IMG/VR virus record: IMGVR_UViG_3300017991_000001
Location: 147,085-211,084 of that record
Reading direction: 5' to 3' (one strand)
DNA length: 64,000 nt
Position numbers and translations under genes: made by a program. Positions 37,356 to 47,254 of this stretch are shown one piece after another. Under the pieces are notes generated by a model that did not search any database, was not told where the DNA came from, and was given only the letters and a program-made list of their open reading frames with translations. Each line of letters opens with the position of its first letter. Position 1 is the first letter of the stretch.

Positions 37356-38285
37356 ATGCCTCCAGTAGGCCCGGTTTGGAACGCGGACTGGCTGAACGCG
37401 AACAGCCAGCGGCACTACCCGATCTCGGAGAGTGCCACCCTTAAGGACTTGACGGGCAGCTTCGAGTTGCCCAAGGACTTCCTTGTCGACCTGCTTCTGC
37501 CCGTACATTCCGATGCCGGCATCGATCCGACCCTCTTTCACGTGCACAGCGTCGGCATCTTCGGTACCGGCATCTCGCTGACGCTGGGCTACAACGGCAC
37601 GGCAATCGGCAGCATCTCTACAGATTCATCGACGTTCACCGGCAACCAGAGCTTCATCTTCGAGGGGACGGGCGCCTTCTTCGACACGGTCGGGAAGGTG
37701 ATCCTGGGTTCCCTGGACAACATCCTGAACTTTGCCGGCTCCTATGAGTTCGACGTCGCGGGGGCCCGTCTCGAACCACATGCCATCGTCCCGGACCTTC
37801 GCGGCGTATCTGCTCTGTACCTCAAGAACGGGGACGACACGATTGGTCCCCTGACCGGCGACATCGTCTTCCAGGCCGGCCGCAACTTCCTCATGAACTA
37901 CGTGAACGGCCCGGCGGGAGAGCCGGACCGGCTCCTGATGAACGCCATCTCGGGTGAGGGGCTGACCGAGGACTGTGACTGCGGGGAGGCCGCGTCGCGC
38001 CCCTGCATCGAGACCATCAACGGGATCAGCCCGGACGAGGACGGCGACTACACGCTTCTGGGTGACGAGTGTCTGGAGCTGGAAGCCATCGCCAACGGGC
38101 TCCAGCTAACGGACAAGTGTGCCAATCCCTGCTGCGGATGTCCTGAACTGGAGGTGGTGGAGACCCACATGCAGTCCCTGACGGAAGCCATCTACCGGCT
38201 CGAGCAGCAGGCGTCGAAGCTGGAAACGGCGATCATCACCATGGAGAACGTGATCCTTGCCTCCAAAACGGAACTTCAGGAATGA
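37356..38285 (+). CDS. tail/baseplate paralogue 1 (WLNAN..R.YP family)
   Basis: DWLNANSQRHYP; TINGISPDEDGD; CANPCCGC; C-terminal coiled coil. Confidence 0.7.
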   Translation: MPPVGPVWNADWLNANSQRHYPISESATLKDLTGSFELPKDFLVDLLLPVHSDAGIDPTLFHVHSVGIFGTGISLTLGYNGTAIGSISTDSSTFTGNQSFIFEGTGAFFDTVGKVILGSLDNILNFAGSYEFDVAGARLEPHAIVPDLRGVSALYLKNGDDTIGPLTGDIVFQAGRNFLMNYVNGPAGEPDRLLMNAISGEGLTEDCDCGEAASRPCIETINGISPDEDGDYTLLGDECLELEAIANGLQLTDKCANPCCGCPELEVVETHMQSLTEAIYRLEQQASKLETAIITMENVILASKTELQE

Positions 38286-39706
38286 CGCAGCCCGTCTTCG
38301 AGTTCTACAGTGCCAACGAGTTCCGCGAGTACCCCTTCGACACGCGGCGTGATGACGGTCTGCACGAGCTTTTCGTGGACGCTTACGTGATGCATACGGC
38401 GCACCGGGATAACGCCGGACGCCTGCGCATGGTGAGTTTCAATACGACCGGGGACCTGGAGCTGCGCTTCGAGGACGGCACGTTGCTGGGCACTCTCACA
38501 AGTGCAGACGGGTTTATTTCCAGCTCTTTTGGCCGCTATACCTTGTACGAATGGCGAAAATCAGTTACGTATGGGGCCGGGTTCACGTCAGAGGATCTTA
38601 TCGCCCGCCTAGTGACAGTCACCGAGAAGTTGAGCAGCTTCTCTTTTCCAATCTCACCGTCAGACGCCTACCTCCTCGCCTCCAGGGTGAACCCACGTCC
38701 GTTGAACGTGATCTCCACGGCTTTGGCGTTCCCAGGTTTGGCTTGTTGTCTGGGCGGCCCCAATCGCAATGCTTTGCAGATGGAATCAGGCTATAACCTT
38801 GAGCTTTCCACGCAAGCACCAGAAAGCGAAGTCGGCCTGGCCCTGGCCGAGACGCCGGAAGTGAGGGCACCGGAAGAAGTGTCCGTGTCGGCGTTGGCTG
38901 GCGCGGGCGCGGGCACCTTCCCCTTGTGCGAGGACCCCTCCGAGTTCGTGCGCTCGCTCAACGGTGTCCAGCCCAACGACGAGAAGGACTTCCGCCTCGG
39001 ACTGGTGGACTGCACCTGGGAGGAGACGCGGCTGGTGGGCGGCACCTCCTCGCCGGTCAATCCCAACACCGATTACCTGGGCTCGATCATCGATGCCACG
39101 GAGAAGATCATCCTGCAGCTGCACCAGGCCTGTCGGGCCTGCTGCGACTGCCCGGACTACGGCCGCGCCTACGACATCATCTATACGACCTGGTCGCGCG
39201 CGAAGACCGTGAACAACCGTCTCATCGAGGTGCTTGGAGACTACGAGCGCATCCTGAACGAGTACAAGGAGATCAAGGCGGACCGCGAGACCGACCTGCA
39301 GGTGAAACTGCGCCTCATCGCGACGCCCGACTACCAGGTGGCCATCGCCGTGCAGATCGGGAACAACTCCCACACGGACCTGAACCCGATGACGCTGACG
39401 GTCGACGCGAACAACGTTGCGTCGCCGACCATCTATCCCGTGTACACCGAGGGTAGCGGCTTCGTGGAGATGGAAGGTACCCACAACGCACAGAGAGACC
39501 CAGCCGGAACGCCGGGCGGTCCCTTCACGCTCGAGATGCCGGCGCTGGCGCCCGGCAAGTACGCCATCTTTCGGATGGCGGTGCGGTACACCGGCAACCT
39601 GCGCTACCAGAAGTACTCGGAGGTTTCGGCAAGGGTGGTGAACGACGAGTTTGACGAGCTGGCGGAGCGGCGCATCCTGCTTCGTGGGCCCCTGGTGAAA
39701 GAATAA
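38282..39706 (+). CDS. tail/baseplate paralogue 2
   Basis: EFYSANEFREYP; SLNGVQPNDEKD; CRACCDC; coiled coil then Ig-like C-terminus. Confidence 0.7.
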   Translation: MTQPVFEFYSANEFREYPFDTRRDDGLHELFVDAYVMHTAHRDNAGRLRMVSFNTTGDLELRFEDGTLLGTLTSADGFISSSFGRYTLYEWRKSVTYGAGFTSEDLIARLVTVTEKLSSFSFPISPSDAYLLASRVNPRPLNVISTALAFPGLACCLGGPNRNALQMESGYNLELSTQAPESEVGLALAETPEVRAPEEVSVSALAGAGAGTFPLCEDPSEFVRSLNGVQPNDEKDFRLGLVDCTWEETRLVGGTSSPVNPNTDYLGSIIDATEKIILQLHQACRACCDCPDYGRAYDIIYTTWSRAKTVNNRLIEVLGDYERILNEYKEIKADRETDLQVKLRLIATPDYQVAIAVQIGNNSHTDLNPMTLTVDANNVASPTIYPVYTEGSGFVEMEGTHNAQRDPAGTPGGPFTLEMPALAPGKYAIFRMAVRYTGNLRYQKYSEVSARVVNDEFDELAERRILLRGPLVKE

Positions 39707-41265
39707 TGCTTGTCTTTTCGGAATGGCTGAACGCGAATGAGGTCCGCCGCTACCCCCTCCATGACAGTGCGAGCGGGGAGCTGCAGGACAATATCCTCGT
39801 GGACGCCCGGCTTTGGGTGCCCAAGAGCGCGGGGCGCGTGGTCTACGTCTCTTCCGTGGGCATCACCAGCGGGCTGGTCACCCTGACCTTCCTGGCCGCG
39901 GCGGACTCCCCTTTCCTGGACGGCACCGGCACGCCGGTCTCCTTCACGCCGCTGGCGGTCGTGCGCGCCTCGCGGCCCGTGACCAGGTTCGTGAACATGG
40001 CCGTCGAGGCGCTCTACCCCGGCGTGGGTGGGTGGATCGCGCTCGGGGAAGGCGCCGTCGAGATCGAGAGCCTGAACGCCCGCTTTACCGGCCCGGCCGA
40101 GACCCAGCTCAACGAGCGCTGCGTGAACGTCTACGACGACGCGGCCGTGTCCAGCGTGGGCAAGGAAAACGTTGCCGAGGGGCTGACGGGCCTGATCACG
40201 CTCCGCGGCGAAGCCGGTGTGCTGAAGACGTTCAAGGCCACCCGTACGGTCGAAGGGGTGGACCGCGAGGTAGCCGTAGTGGCCATGGACCTGGGCGACA
40301 ACAAGGTGTCCAGGCTGCAGGACTTCTCCGGCGTGTGTGGCGGCCGGCCGCAAGCCAACACCTGCAGGAAGCGCGTGGTCGAGCGGATCAACACGGTCAC
40401 CCCGGACGACGACGGCAACATCGACCTGGTCTTCGAGGGGGACATGACGGTCGGGGACGTGCAGCGGGGGCTCATCGTGGACTTCCCCGTGGGACTGGAC
40501 GACGTGTGCCCCGAGTCGATCTCCAACGAGATCCCGTTCCCCGTACCGGGCGGCCCGCCGAGCCCGACGCCGCCCGAGCCGCCGCCGGAACCGTCCGGGT
40601 CTTCGGGCCAGTCCGACTCATCCGAGGGGCTTCCTTCGGGCTATTGCGAGGACTTCGAGGACGGCGTGGCCGAGGAGCTGGACAACTTCGTGGGCAGCTT
40701 CACAATCGAGGACGTACCCGGGCGCACCAAGCGTTACGTCAGCGCCGCCGATGACACCGGTCAGCAGCTTGCCACCAACTACCTGCGGCAGTTCAACACG
40801 GAAGAGGGTGAGACTTATACGGTCGTAAGCATCATTCGTCCGCGCAGCGTGGATGGCAAGAGTTTCCTGATCGCGGGCTTCAAGAACGACAACCTGTTCA
40901 CGTTCGCTGGCATTACGTTGGAGAACGGGGGCAGCTTCTTCGTCGGCAACAAGAGCGGCGAGACAGGCGGGTCCTTCGGTAGCGGGTACAGACCCTACCT
41001 GGAGTTCGCCCCCGAGTGGGACACGCCGCCGGACACGGATTACCAGGTAACCTTCGCCATCTACTCGAGCGACATCGCTGAGATGAAGGTGGCGTGGAAC
41101 GACGGCATCGCCGACCGGGAGCAGACACAGCTTGTGGTGCTGGCTTCCTTCCAGGAGAAGGGACGGCCCGGTCTGGGTGTGCTGAATTCGGAAACGGAGT
41201 TCGATGACTTCGGGGTCAACTGCGAAGAGTTCCCGTCGTCGTCATCGTCAAGTTCGGGGCCTTAA
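39706..41265 (+). CDS. tail/baseplate paralogue 3 with C-terminal beta domain and poly-Ser
   Basis: EWLNANEVRRYP; RINTVTPDDDGN; Pro/Ser linker; ends [10 protein letters not shown]. Confidence 0.7.
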   Translation: MLVFSEWLNANEVRRYPLHDSASGELQDNILVDARLWVPKSAGRVVYVSSVGITSGLVTLTFLAAADSPFLDGTGTPVSFTPLAVVRASRPVTRFVNMAVEALYPGVGGWIALGEGAVEIESLNARFTGPAETQLNERCVNVYDDAAVSSVGKENVAEGLTGLITLRGEAGVLKTFKATRTVEGVDREVAVVAMDLGDNKVSRLQDFSGVCGGRPQANTCRKRVVERINTVTPDDDGNIDLVFEGDMTVGDVQRGLIVDFPVGLDDVCPESISNEIPFPVPGGPPSPTPPEPPPEPSGSSGQSDSSEGLPSGYCEDFEDGVAEELDNFVGSFTIEDVPGRTKRYVSAADDTGQQLATNYLRQFNTEEGETYTVVSIIRPRSVDGKSFLIAGFKNDNLFTFAGITLENGGSFFVGNKSGETGGSFGSGYRPYLEFAPEWDTPPDTDYQVTFAIYSSDIAEMKVAWNDGIADREQTQLVVLASFQEKGRPGLGVLNSETEFDDFGVNCEEFPSSSSSSSGP

Positions 41266-41266
41266 G

Positions 41267-42043
41267 ATGGCCGAGCGCATCGTCGCCACCGAGTGGCGCA
41301 ACAACAACGAGCGGGTCCGCTACCCCTTCGTGGACACCACCTCACTTACCAGCGAGGACGGTGCGGCCACGATCGACCAGGACCTCTTCGACGACGCGCG
41401 GCTCTACCCCGTGGGTGCCGCAGTGGGCGTGTACCTGCGCAAAATCAACGTGGACGGCAAGAACGTGACCTTTACGGTGGGGGACCCTGTCAATGGGGAC
41501 CTGGCAGACGGTACTTATGACGCGACCTCCGCTCCGGCTGAGGTCCCGCTCTATGACGCCTACAACCGCCCCGCAGGCGTACTGGTATCGGACGCCGCGA
41601 GGCTGGGCGCACTGGCCGACCAGCTCCCGCAAGGCGAGACGGTCTTCGAGGCGGCGGCGACGGAATTTGTCGCGTCCGTCGTGATCCCCATGCCGCACCC
41701 CGGTGTGCGCGGTTTCCTGCTGGATGACGGCAACATCGTCTCCGGGGACGTGTGGCTGGTGGGCGAGGACGGGGTGGTGCTCTCCTACGAGGATGGGGCC
41801 ATCCGCGTCGATGTGATCGGCGACCCCTACGCGCTCATCAAGGACTGCGAGGAGCAGGGCCAGCCGCTGCCCACGTTCAACGGGCTGAAGACCCTCAACG
41901 ACATCGAGCCGGACGACGCCGGCGACTTCAAGCTCCTGGTGGGTGGCAACCTGTCGGAGAAGCCCGTATTGCGGATCGCCACGCAGGGTGGCGGTCGCAT
42001 CGAGTTCAAGCTGGTGGGCACCAGCGGGGTGAAGGAGATCTAG
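41267..42043 (+). CDS. tail/baseplate paralogue 4
   Basis: EWRNNNERVRYP; TLNDIEPDDAGD. Confidence 0.7.
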   Translation: MAERIVATEWRNNNERVRYPFVDTTSLTSEDGAATIDQDLFDDARLYPVGAAVGVYLRKINVDGKNVTFTVGDPVNGDLADGTYDATSAPAEVPLYDAYNRPAGVLVSDAARLGALADQLPQGETVFEAAATEFVASVVIPMPHPGVRGFLLDDGNIVSGDVWLVGEDGVVLSYEDGAIRVDVIGDPYALIKDCEEQGQPLPTFNGLKTLNDIEPDDAGDFKLLVGGNLSEKPVLRIATQGGGRIEFKLVGTSGVKEI

Positions 42044-42044
42044 G

Positions 42045-42941
42045 ATGGCCGAGCTGGAATTTCTCGACCACATGGACAAGATCGCCTTCCCGCTTGTGAA
42101 CGGGGACGACCGGTCCTTCGTCGGCGGAGGCGCGCTGCCGCGGCAGGGCCTGTCCGACGCCGGCTTCCTGCTGGGGGTCGACAGCGGTTTCGTGGCCGCC
42201 ACGCACACGGTCCGCCTGTACAGCTACGCGCGCTCCGGCAGCACCATGTCATTCGACTTCCGCTCCGACGCCATGGTCGAGCACCGCTTCCTGTTCGAGG
42301 TGCCTGCGACCACATCGTTCGGCAAGGCGTTCAGGGTGACGGCCACGCGGATCGTGGGGGGCGCCTCCGCGCCCAGCTACGGCGAAGGCTACATCGTGGT
42401 CGGCAACCTGGAGGAGCTGGAAGCGCTGGGGGAAGGCACGTTCCTGTTGACGGGAACACTGCGGGTGGAGCCGGCGCTGCTGCAACCCCTGGTCAACACG
42501 CTGATGAACACGCTGAGCATCGCCAACGAGCCCAGGCTGTGCCCCACCGTCCCGGGCAGTTCCGCGGTGCCCGAGCCGGACTACGTGTGCCCCTTCATCA
42601 AGAACCTGGACGGGGCGATCAAGTTCTCCGAGGGCAACAACGCCCGGGTCTCCGTGGACGCGGACAACAACGTGCTCCAGCTGGGCGGTGCCGTCGGGGC
42701 GGGGCTTGGAGAGCCCTGCGAGGATGTTATCATCGACGAGGACTGCGGGTTCACGCGCGGGGAGGAGTGCGACCCGTGCGACGATTACATCCGTTCGTTC
42801 AACGGGATGCAGACGGAAGACGGGGTGATCTACTTCACAGAGGGACCAGGGGTGGTGGTCATCAACGAGCCGGACGACCACCGCATCCGCATCGTGATCG
42901 ATTCGGACCTGAGGACGTGCACGTCCTCATCGACGCCGTGA
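42045..42941 (+). CDS. tail/baseplate paralogue 5
   Basis: EFLDHMDKIAFP; GAVGAGLGEPC; SFNGMQTEDG. Confidence 0.65.
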   Translation: MAELEFLDHMDKIAFPLVNGDDRSFVGGGALPRQGLSDAGFLLGVDSGFVAATHTVRLYSYARSGSTMSFDFRSDAMVEHRFLFEVPATTSFGKAFRVTATRIVGGASAPSYGEGYIVVGNLEELEALGEGTFLLTGTLRVEPALLQPLVNTLMNTLSIANEPRLCPTVPGSSAVPEPDYVCPFIKNLDGAIKFSEGNNARVSVDADNNVLQLGGAVGAGLGEPCEDVIIDEDCGFTRGEECDPCDDYIRSFNGMQTEDGVIYFTEGPGVVVINEPDDHRIRIVIDSDLRTCTSSSTP

Positions 42942-42948
42942 GGGTCAG

Positions 42949-44769
42949 ATGGCCAGAGCTTTTCCAGAGCGCTCGGAGTGCCCGGAAGTTCCCGATAACG
43001 ACGCGATCGGGACGCTGAACCTCAATGACCCGTCGGAGCCGGCGGACCGCATCATCCAGACGCGGTTCTTCACGTTCCCTCCACCGGAACCGCCCAACTT
43101 TGACTTCGGCTGCTACGGCCCCACCGCGACCGTAAGCGTGTCCGAGGCCTCGTCGGCGGCCGGCGAGGTCGACATCGAGTACCCGAACGAGGACGAGACG
43201 GGGCGCTGTGAGCCACGCTTCAACTTCGACTTCTCCGTGCCGCCCTGTGTGACGGCCAGCACCGAGGCCTCCATTCAGGTCAGTTCGGAACTGGCGGACC
43301 CGGCGGTGGAGTTCGAGGCCTCCCGCAAGACCGGCGACCCTTGTGCCTGGGACTTCCGCTTCAACCTGAACCTGCCCGGTTTCTGCCCGACGGTGCGCAC
43401 GGACGCCTCCATCTCCATCAACGCCTCGCTTTCCGACCCGACGGTGGAGTTCGTCGGCGAGCGCGACCCGCTGGAACCGTGCCGTTTCAACTTCGACCTG
43501 GACATCCAGCTGCCGGAGTTCGGAGAGGATGACGTCTGTCAGGCCAGGTTGGCCACCACGGGCAACATTTCCCTGTCGGGCCTGCAGACCGTAGACGGCG
43601 TCGCGGCCAGCGAGGACGACGTGATCCTGGTGCGGGCGCAGTCGACGGGCAGCCAGAACGGCGCCTACCGCATGAAGTCCGGCGCCTGGGAGCGGACTTG
43701 CGACATGTCCCGGGCCGGCATCATCGTAACGGTGCGGGAGGGTGCGGAGTACGCGGGCACGGCGTGGTTGTTGAGCACCAACGACCCCATCTCGGTGGGT
43801 TCAACGCCGCTGACCTTCACCCTGATAAGCGGATCGACCTGCTGCTGTTCAGCCAGGGTCGCCACGCTCGAGGACATCACGCTCAGCGGGTTGCAGACGA
43901 TCGACGGCGTCTCGGTGGCCGAGGACGACATCGTGCTGGTGAAGAACCAGGGCTCCGAGTCGGAGAACGGCCCCTACCTGGTCAAGGATGGGGCGGCGTG
44001 GGAGCGCACCTGCGAGGTCTTCTCCGGGCACACCGTGTCTGTCCGGGAGGGCACGTACCAGAAGCAGACGGTTTGGATGCTGACCACCGACGGCGCGATC
44101 GAGTTGGATACGACGGGGCTCACTTACCGCCAGGTGGTCGACCGCCCAATGTGCCGGGTGGCCTCCGGCGGCCACACAATACGCTCAACCACCCGCACGA
44201 TCGACGGCGTCGCCACGTCCGTCGACGACATCGTCCTGCTCATGAACCAGAACAACCCGGCACAGAACGGCCTTTACCTGGTCAAGAGCGGGAGCTGGGT
44301 GCGCACCGGCGACATCACGCCGGGCATGATCATCACCGTGCAGGAAGGGGCTGTGTACGGCGGGCAGTCCATCGTCCTGTCCACGGCGGACCCGATCACG
44401 GTGGGTACCACGAACCTGACCTTCTCGCCATTGCGCATGGTCGTGCGGGCTTACGTTGCGCTGGACAAGGGGCCGTTCGGGCAACCCGCTCAGGGGTTGA
44501 CGGGCACGCCCGACATCGACGATATAACCACGCAGGCCGGCGACGTCGTCCTGGTCTTCAATTCCAGTACGCCGGCGAACAACGGTGTTTGGGTCGTGCC
44601 GGGTACGGGGGCCTGGCAAGAGGCAATGCCCGGCACCACGGGCTTTGCCGGTACAATCGTCTCCGTGCGGGAAGGGAACAGGTTCGGACAGGTTTCCTTC
44701 ATGATTCTGGGCGGGGCAGACCGGGATATTTGGGGCATCACCGGCGTGGTGGGCCCGAACACAATTTGA
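42949..44769 (+). CDS. fibre-like virion protein with tandem repeats
   Basis: Four ~100-aa copies of R.AT..I.LSGLQTIDGV....D.VLV.NQ....NG.Y, a module common in phage fibre proteins; three N-terminal C..F.F...P repeats. Confidence 0.7.
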   Translation: MARAFPERSECPEVPDNDAIGTLNLNDPSEPADRIIQTRFFTFPPPEPPNFDFGCYGPTATVSVSEASSAAGEVDIEYPNEDETGRCEPRFNFDFSVPPCVTASTEASIQVSSELADPAVEFEASRKTGDPCAWDFRFNLNLPGFCPTVRTDASISINASLSDPTVEFVGERDPLEPCRFNFDLDIQLPEFGEDDVCQARLATTGNISLSGLQTVDGVAASEDDVILVRAQSTGSQNGAYRMKSGAWERTCDMSRAGIIVTVREGAEYAGTAWLLSTNDPISVGSTPLTFTLISGSTCCCSARVATLEDITLSGLQTIDGVSVAEDDIVLVKNQGSESENGPYLVKDGAAWERTCEVFSGHTVSVREGTYQKQTVWMLTTDGAIELDTTGLTYRQVVDRPMCRVASGGHTIRSTTRTIDGVATSVDDIVLLMNQNNPAQNGLYLVKSGSWVRTGDITPGMIITVQEGAVYGGQSIVLSTADPITVGTTNLTFSPLRMVVRAYVALDKGPFGQPAQGLTGTPDIDDITTQAGDVVLVFNSSTPANNGVWVVPGTGAWQEAMPGTTGFAGTIVSVREGNRFGQVSFMILGGADRDIWGITGVVGPNTI

Positions 44770-44776
44770 GGTTTAT

Positions 44777-46792
44777 ATGTCACTGGTCATATGGCGACCC
44801 TACGAGACGGAAGGCGACACTGATTGGCCGGCAGAACTGCGCGGCGGCGGCGAGGACTGGTGGCCGCGCCGTCACTTCGACGTGGAGAACATCATCGGGC
44901 GTCACGATATTTACTCCGATCCCCCGACGTGCATAGAGATGGCTTCGGAACACTCGAAGGGCCTTAACCAGATCATCGCCGTTATGAAGTACATGGTCTA
45001 CGCGTACGACCTCCACCTTTTTACCCCTACGCCTGACTATGTGGACGTGGACGAGTTTCAACAGGTCGGGTTTTCCAAGCGGTTCCCGGAACGAAATTTG
45101 TGGGACGACATCAAGCGCGACATAAACAACCTGCGAAGTGTCATAGGTGTTCCCGCTTTTTCATGGACGCTGCCTTACATCCGCCAGGTCCCCTTTATCC
45201 CGGGCGACGAACGGAAGTCGATGATCGGGAAGAACAAGATCAGCTTCGTCGATCTGACCGAGTTCAGACAAGCGTTGACCGAAGACGTGTATACGGCAGT
45301 CACGTTGCCGGAGTACTTTCAAGCAAAACCGTCTCAAGCCTACGTGAGAGAGTTTCAGGAGAAGTACCCGTCGGACATCACTGGCTATTTTTGGACGGCG
45401 GGTATGCGCATGCACATGAATCAGTATACGGGGTGTGGTGCGAGCGGTACGAGTGACCTGACAACGCTGGATAACTACTTTGACTGGTACTTCGACAAGC
45501 GACCCAACCACCACTACCCGGACCCTCCAGTGCACATTTCTCCGACAAAAGTGATCTTGTATTTGGAAGGTGAACGCAGCGAGCTTACTTGGAGCAGAGG
45601 CCCGGGGTGTCCTTCTTGTTCAGGTGACCATTATATTTATACCGGACAAAGAGGCATTTTCATGTTTAAGATTCCCCCCACGGCCGGGACATTGCCCATC
45701 ACCAAGATCACGTTGTACGGAACAACGGCAGGAGCTATAGCGGGTGTGGATGACAACGTGAGCTTCTGGATGCCTACGGAGGAATTTCTGAACGACGGGA
45801 TGGAAGACCCCGGCGCGTATGGCTCGCCGCTTGACAACATGTATCCTTTCGGCTTCGGTGGAGGTTTCAGACGCGTGCTTTGGAGACCGGCTACGCCGCA
45901 GTCTTTTCCCATGCTCGGAGGAAACAGTTCTTATCAGGAGTACACATGGGGCGGCGGTGCGGGCGGCGGTTTGGGCACGACAATGGTACAAGCCGTATCC
46001 TGGGTGAATGATCCCCTCCCCACTTATGACGGGATACGTTTCAATACGCTCGGCCACGTCCTCTATGTAGGCGGCACGAAGGTATGCGATTTCAGGAACT
46101 CAGCGTGCGTAACGCCTCCAGACCCATGCCTGGAATGTAGCCTCGGCGCAGGGGTCCTTCTTCTGGGCCAGGACGATCCCCGTGAGAACGGGTACTGGAG
46201 GGTCACAATGAGTGACCCCGACGGCAAAGGGTTGAAGCTGAATGTGACAAAACGCGGAAACCTTTGTCCGTACGCTTACTACCCTTCGGACATCGGTATT
46301 GCCTGTGAAGACGCTCAATTCATGTTTGCGACGTATCCCGACGACGGCGGAAGAGCCGGGTCGGTGTGGACGATAACGTCAGACCCCGTTGAATGTTCTT
46401 CGCTGTCGTCGGACGCGTCGGACTGTTCGGAGACCAGCGCGCAGAGTATTTCTTCCTCTACACCCTTTTCGTCGTCGTCGTCGTTCGGTTCCTGCGGAGG
46501 ACCCTTGAGGTTGCGCAAGATGACGGACTACGAACTCAGATACAGGAAGATTGCCACTTTACCGGATTGGGGCATTAAGCTGGGAACACACGACATGAGC
46601 GTGTACGATCATGGAGATCCGTTTGAAATTGAGCTGACAAACATCCCGGACTACGTGCGGGACGCGTGCCATGACTACTGGATGGTTGTTTCGCTTGATA
46701 AGGAGGTTGCGCGGACGGGCGTCTTTGACGAAGCGCTGTCGCTGCTTCTGTCTCGCTTGGAATTCGAGTTCGGTTCATCGTCGTCAGCCTAG
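44777..46792 (+). CDS. variable, lower-GC virion protein (possible receptor-binding/fibre tip)
   Basis: Weaker codon bias; degenerate VLLLGQDDPRENGYW fibre motif; Cys- and Ser-rich; ends GSSSSA. Confidence 0.55.
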   Translation: MSLVIWRPYETEGDTDWPAELRGGGEDWWPRRHFDVENIIGRHDIYSDPPTCIEMASEHSKGLNQIIAVMKYMVYAYDLHLFTPTPDYVDVDEFQQVGFSKRFPERNLWDDIKRDINNLRSVIGVPAFSWTLPYIRQVPFIPGDERKSMIGKNKISFVDLTEFRQALTEDVYTAVTLPEYFQAKPSQAYVREFQEKYPSDITGYFWTAGMRMHMNQYTGCGASGTSDLTTLDNYFDWYFDKRPNHHYPDPPVHISPTKVILYLEGERSELTWSRGPGCPSCSGDHYIYTGQRGIFMFKIPPTAGTLPITKITLYGTTAGAIAGVDDNVSFWMPTEEFLNDGMEDPGAYGSPLDNMYPFGFGGGFRRVLWRPATPQSFPMLGGNSSYQEYTWGGGAGGGLGTTMVQAVSWVNDPLPTYDGIRFNTLGHVLYVGGTKVCDFRNSACVTPPDPCLECSLGAGVLLLGQDDPRENGYWRVTMSDPDGKGLKLNVTKRGNLCPYAYYPSDIGIACEDAQFMFATYPDDGGRAGSVWTITSDPVECSSLSSDASDCSETSAQSISSSTPFSSSSSFGSCGGPLRLRKMTDYELRYRKIATLPDWGIKLGTHDMSVYDHGDPFEIELTNIPDYVRDACHDYWMVVSLDKEVARTGVFDEALSLLLSRLEFEFGSSSSA

Positions 46793-46802
46793 AGGCGCGC
46801 TC

Positions 46803-47198
46803 ATGCTGCATCTACCTTTCAAGCTGTCGCCAACGGGCAGGGCGGAGCGTCCCAAGATCAACCGGCCCGCGCCTGCGCCCGCGCCTGCGCCCGCGCCTGC
46901 GCCCGCTCCCGTAATAGAACCCGAGGAAAACGTGTCGCACATGATAACGGACGACAACGTGTTGGACTTGCTGGACAACCAGCGCGTACTGTCGTTTCTT
47001 CCACACCTGGGTCCTGCCTTTAGCGGGTGGAAACCCAAGAAACCTTGCCCGCGAGAAGAGGAGCGCAGGGAGTACGCCAAGGTGCTCCGGCGCATGCTTC
47101 GCCACATGAAGCCGAAGCGCAGACGCCTGCTCAAGAAGGCTCTGCGTGTGAGGCGGCTGACGTTCAGTCTTGAAGGCGGTCCCGCGGAAACAATTTGA
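46803..47198 (+). CDS. small basic protein with (PA)n linker; paralogue family A
   Basis: GAGG RBS, ATG 46803; ITDDNVLDLLDN..V...PHL. Confidence 0.6.
   Translation: MLHLPFKLSPTGRAERPKINRPAPAPAPAPAPAPAPVIEPEENVSHMITDDNVLDLLDNQRVLSFLPHLGPAFSGWKPKKPCPREEERREYAKVLRRMLRHMKPKRRRLLKKALRVRRLTFSLEGGPAETI
46866..46910 (+). repeat. 12-bp tandem repeat CCCGCGCCTGCG x3+ encoding PAPA
   Basis: Directly visible in the sequence. Confidence 0.85.
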
Positions 47199-47254
47199 TC
47201 TTCCGCCATTCATCAGTATATTCGATACCCCTTAAGAACTTCGCGGAGAAAACC

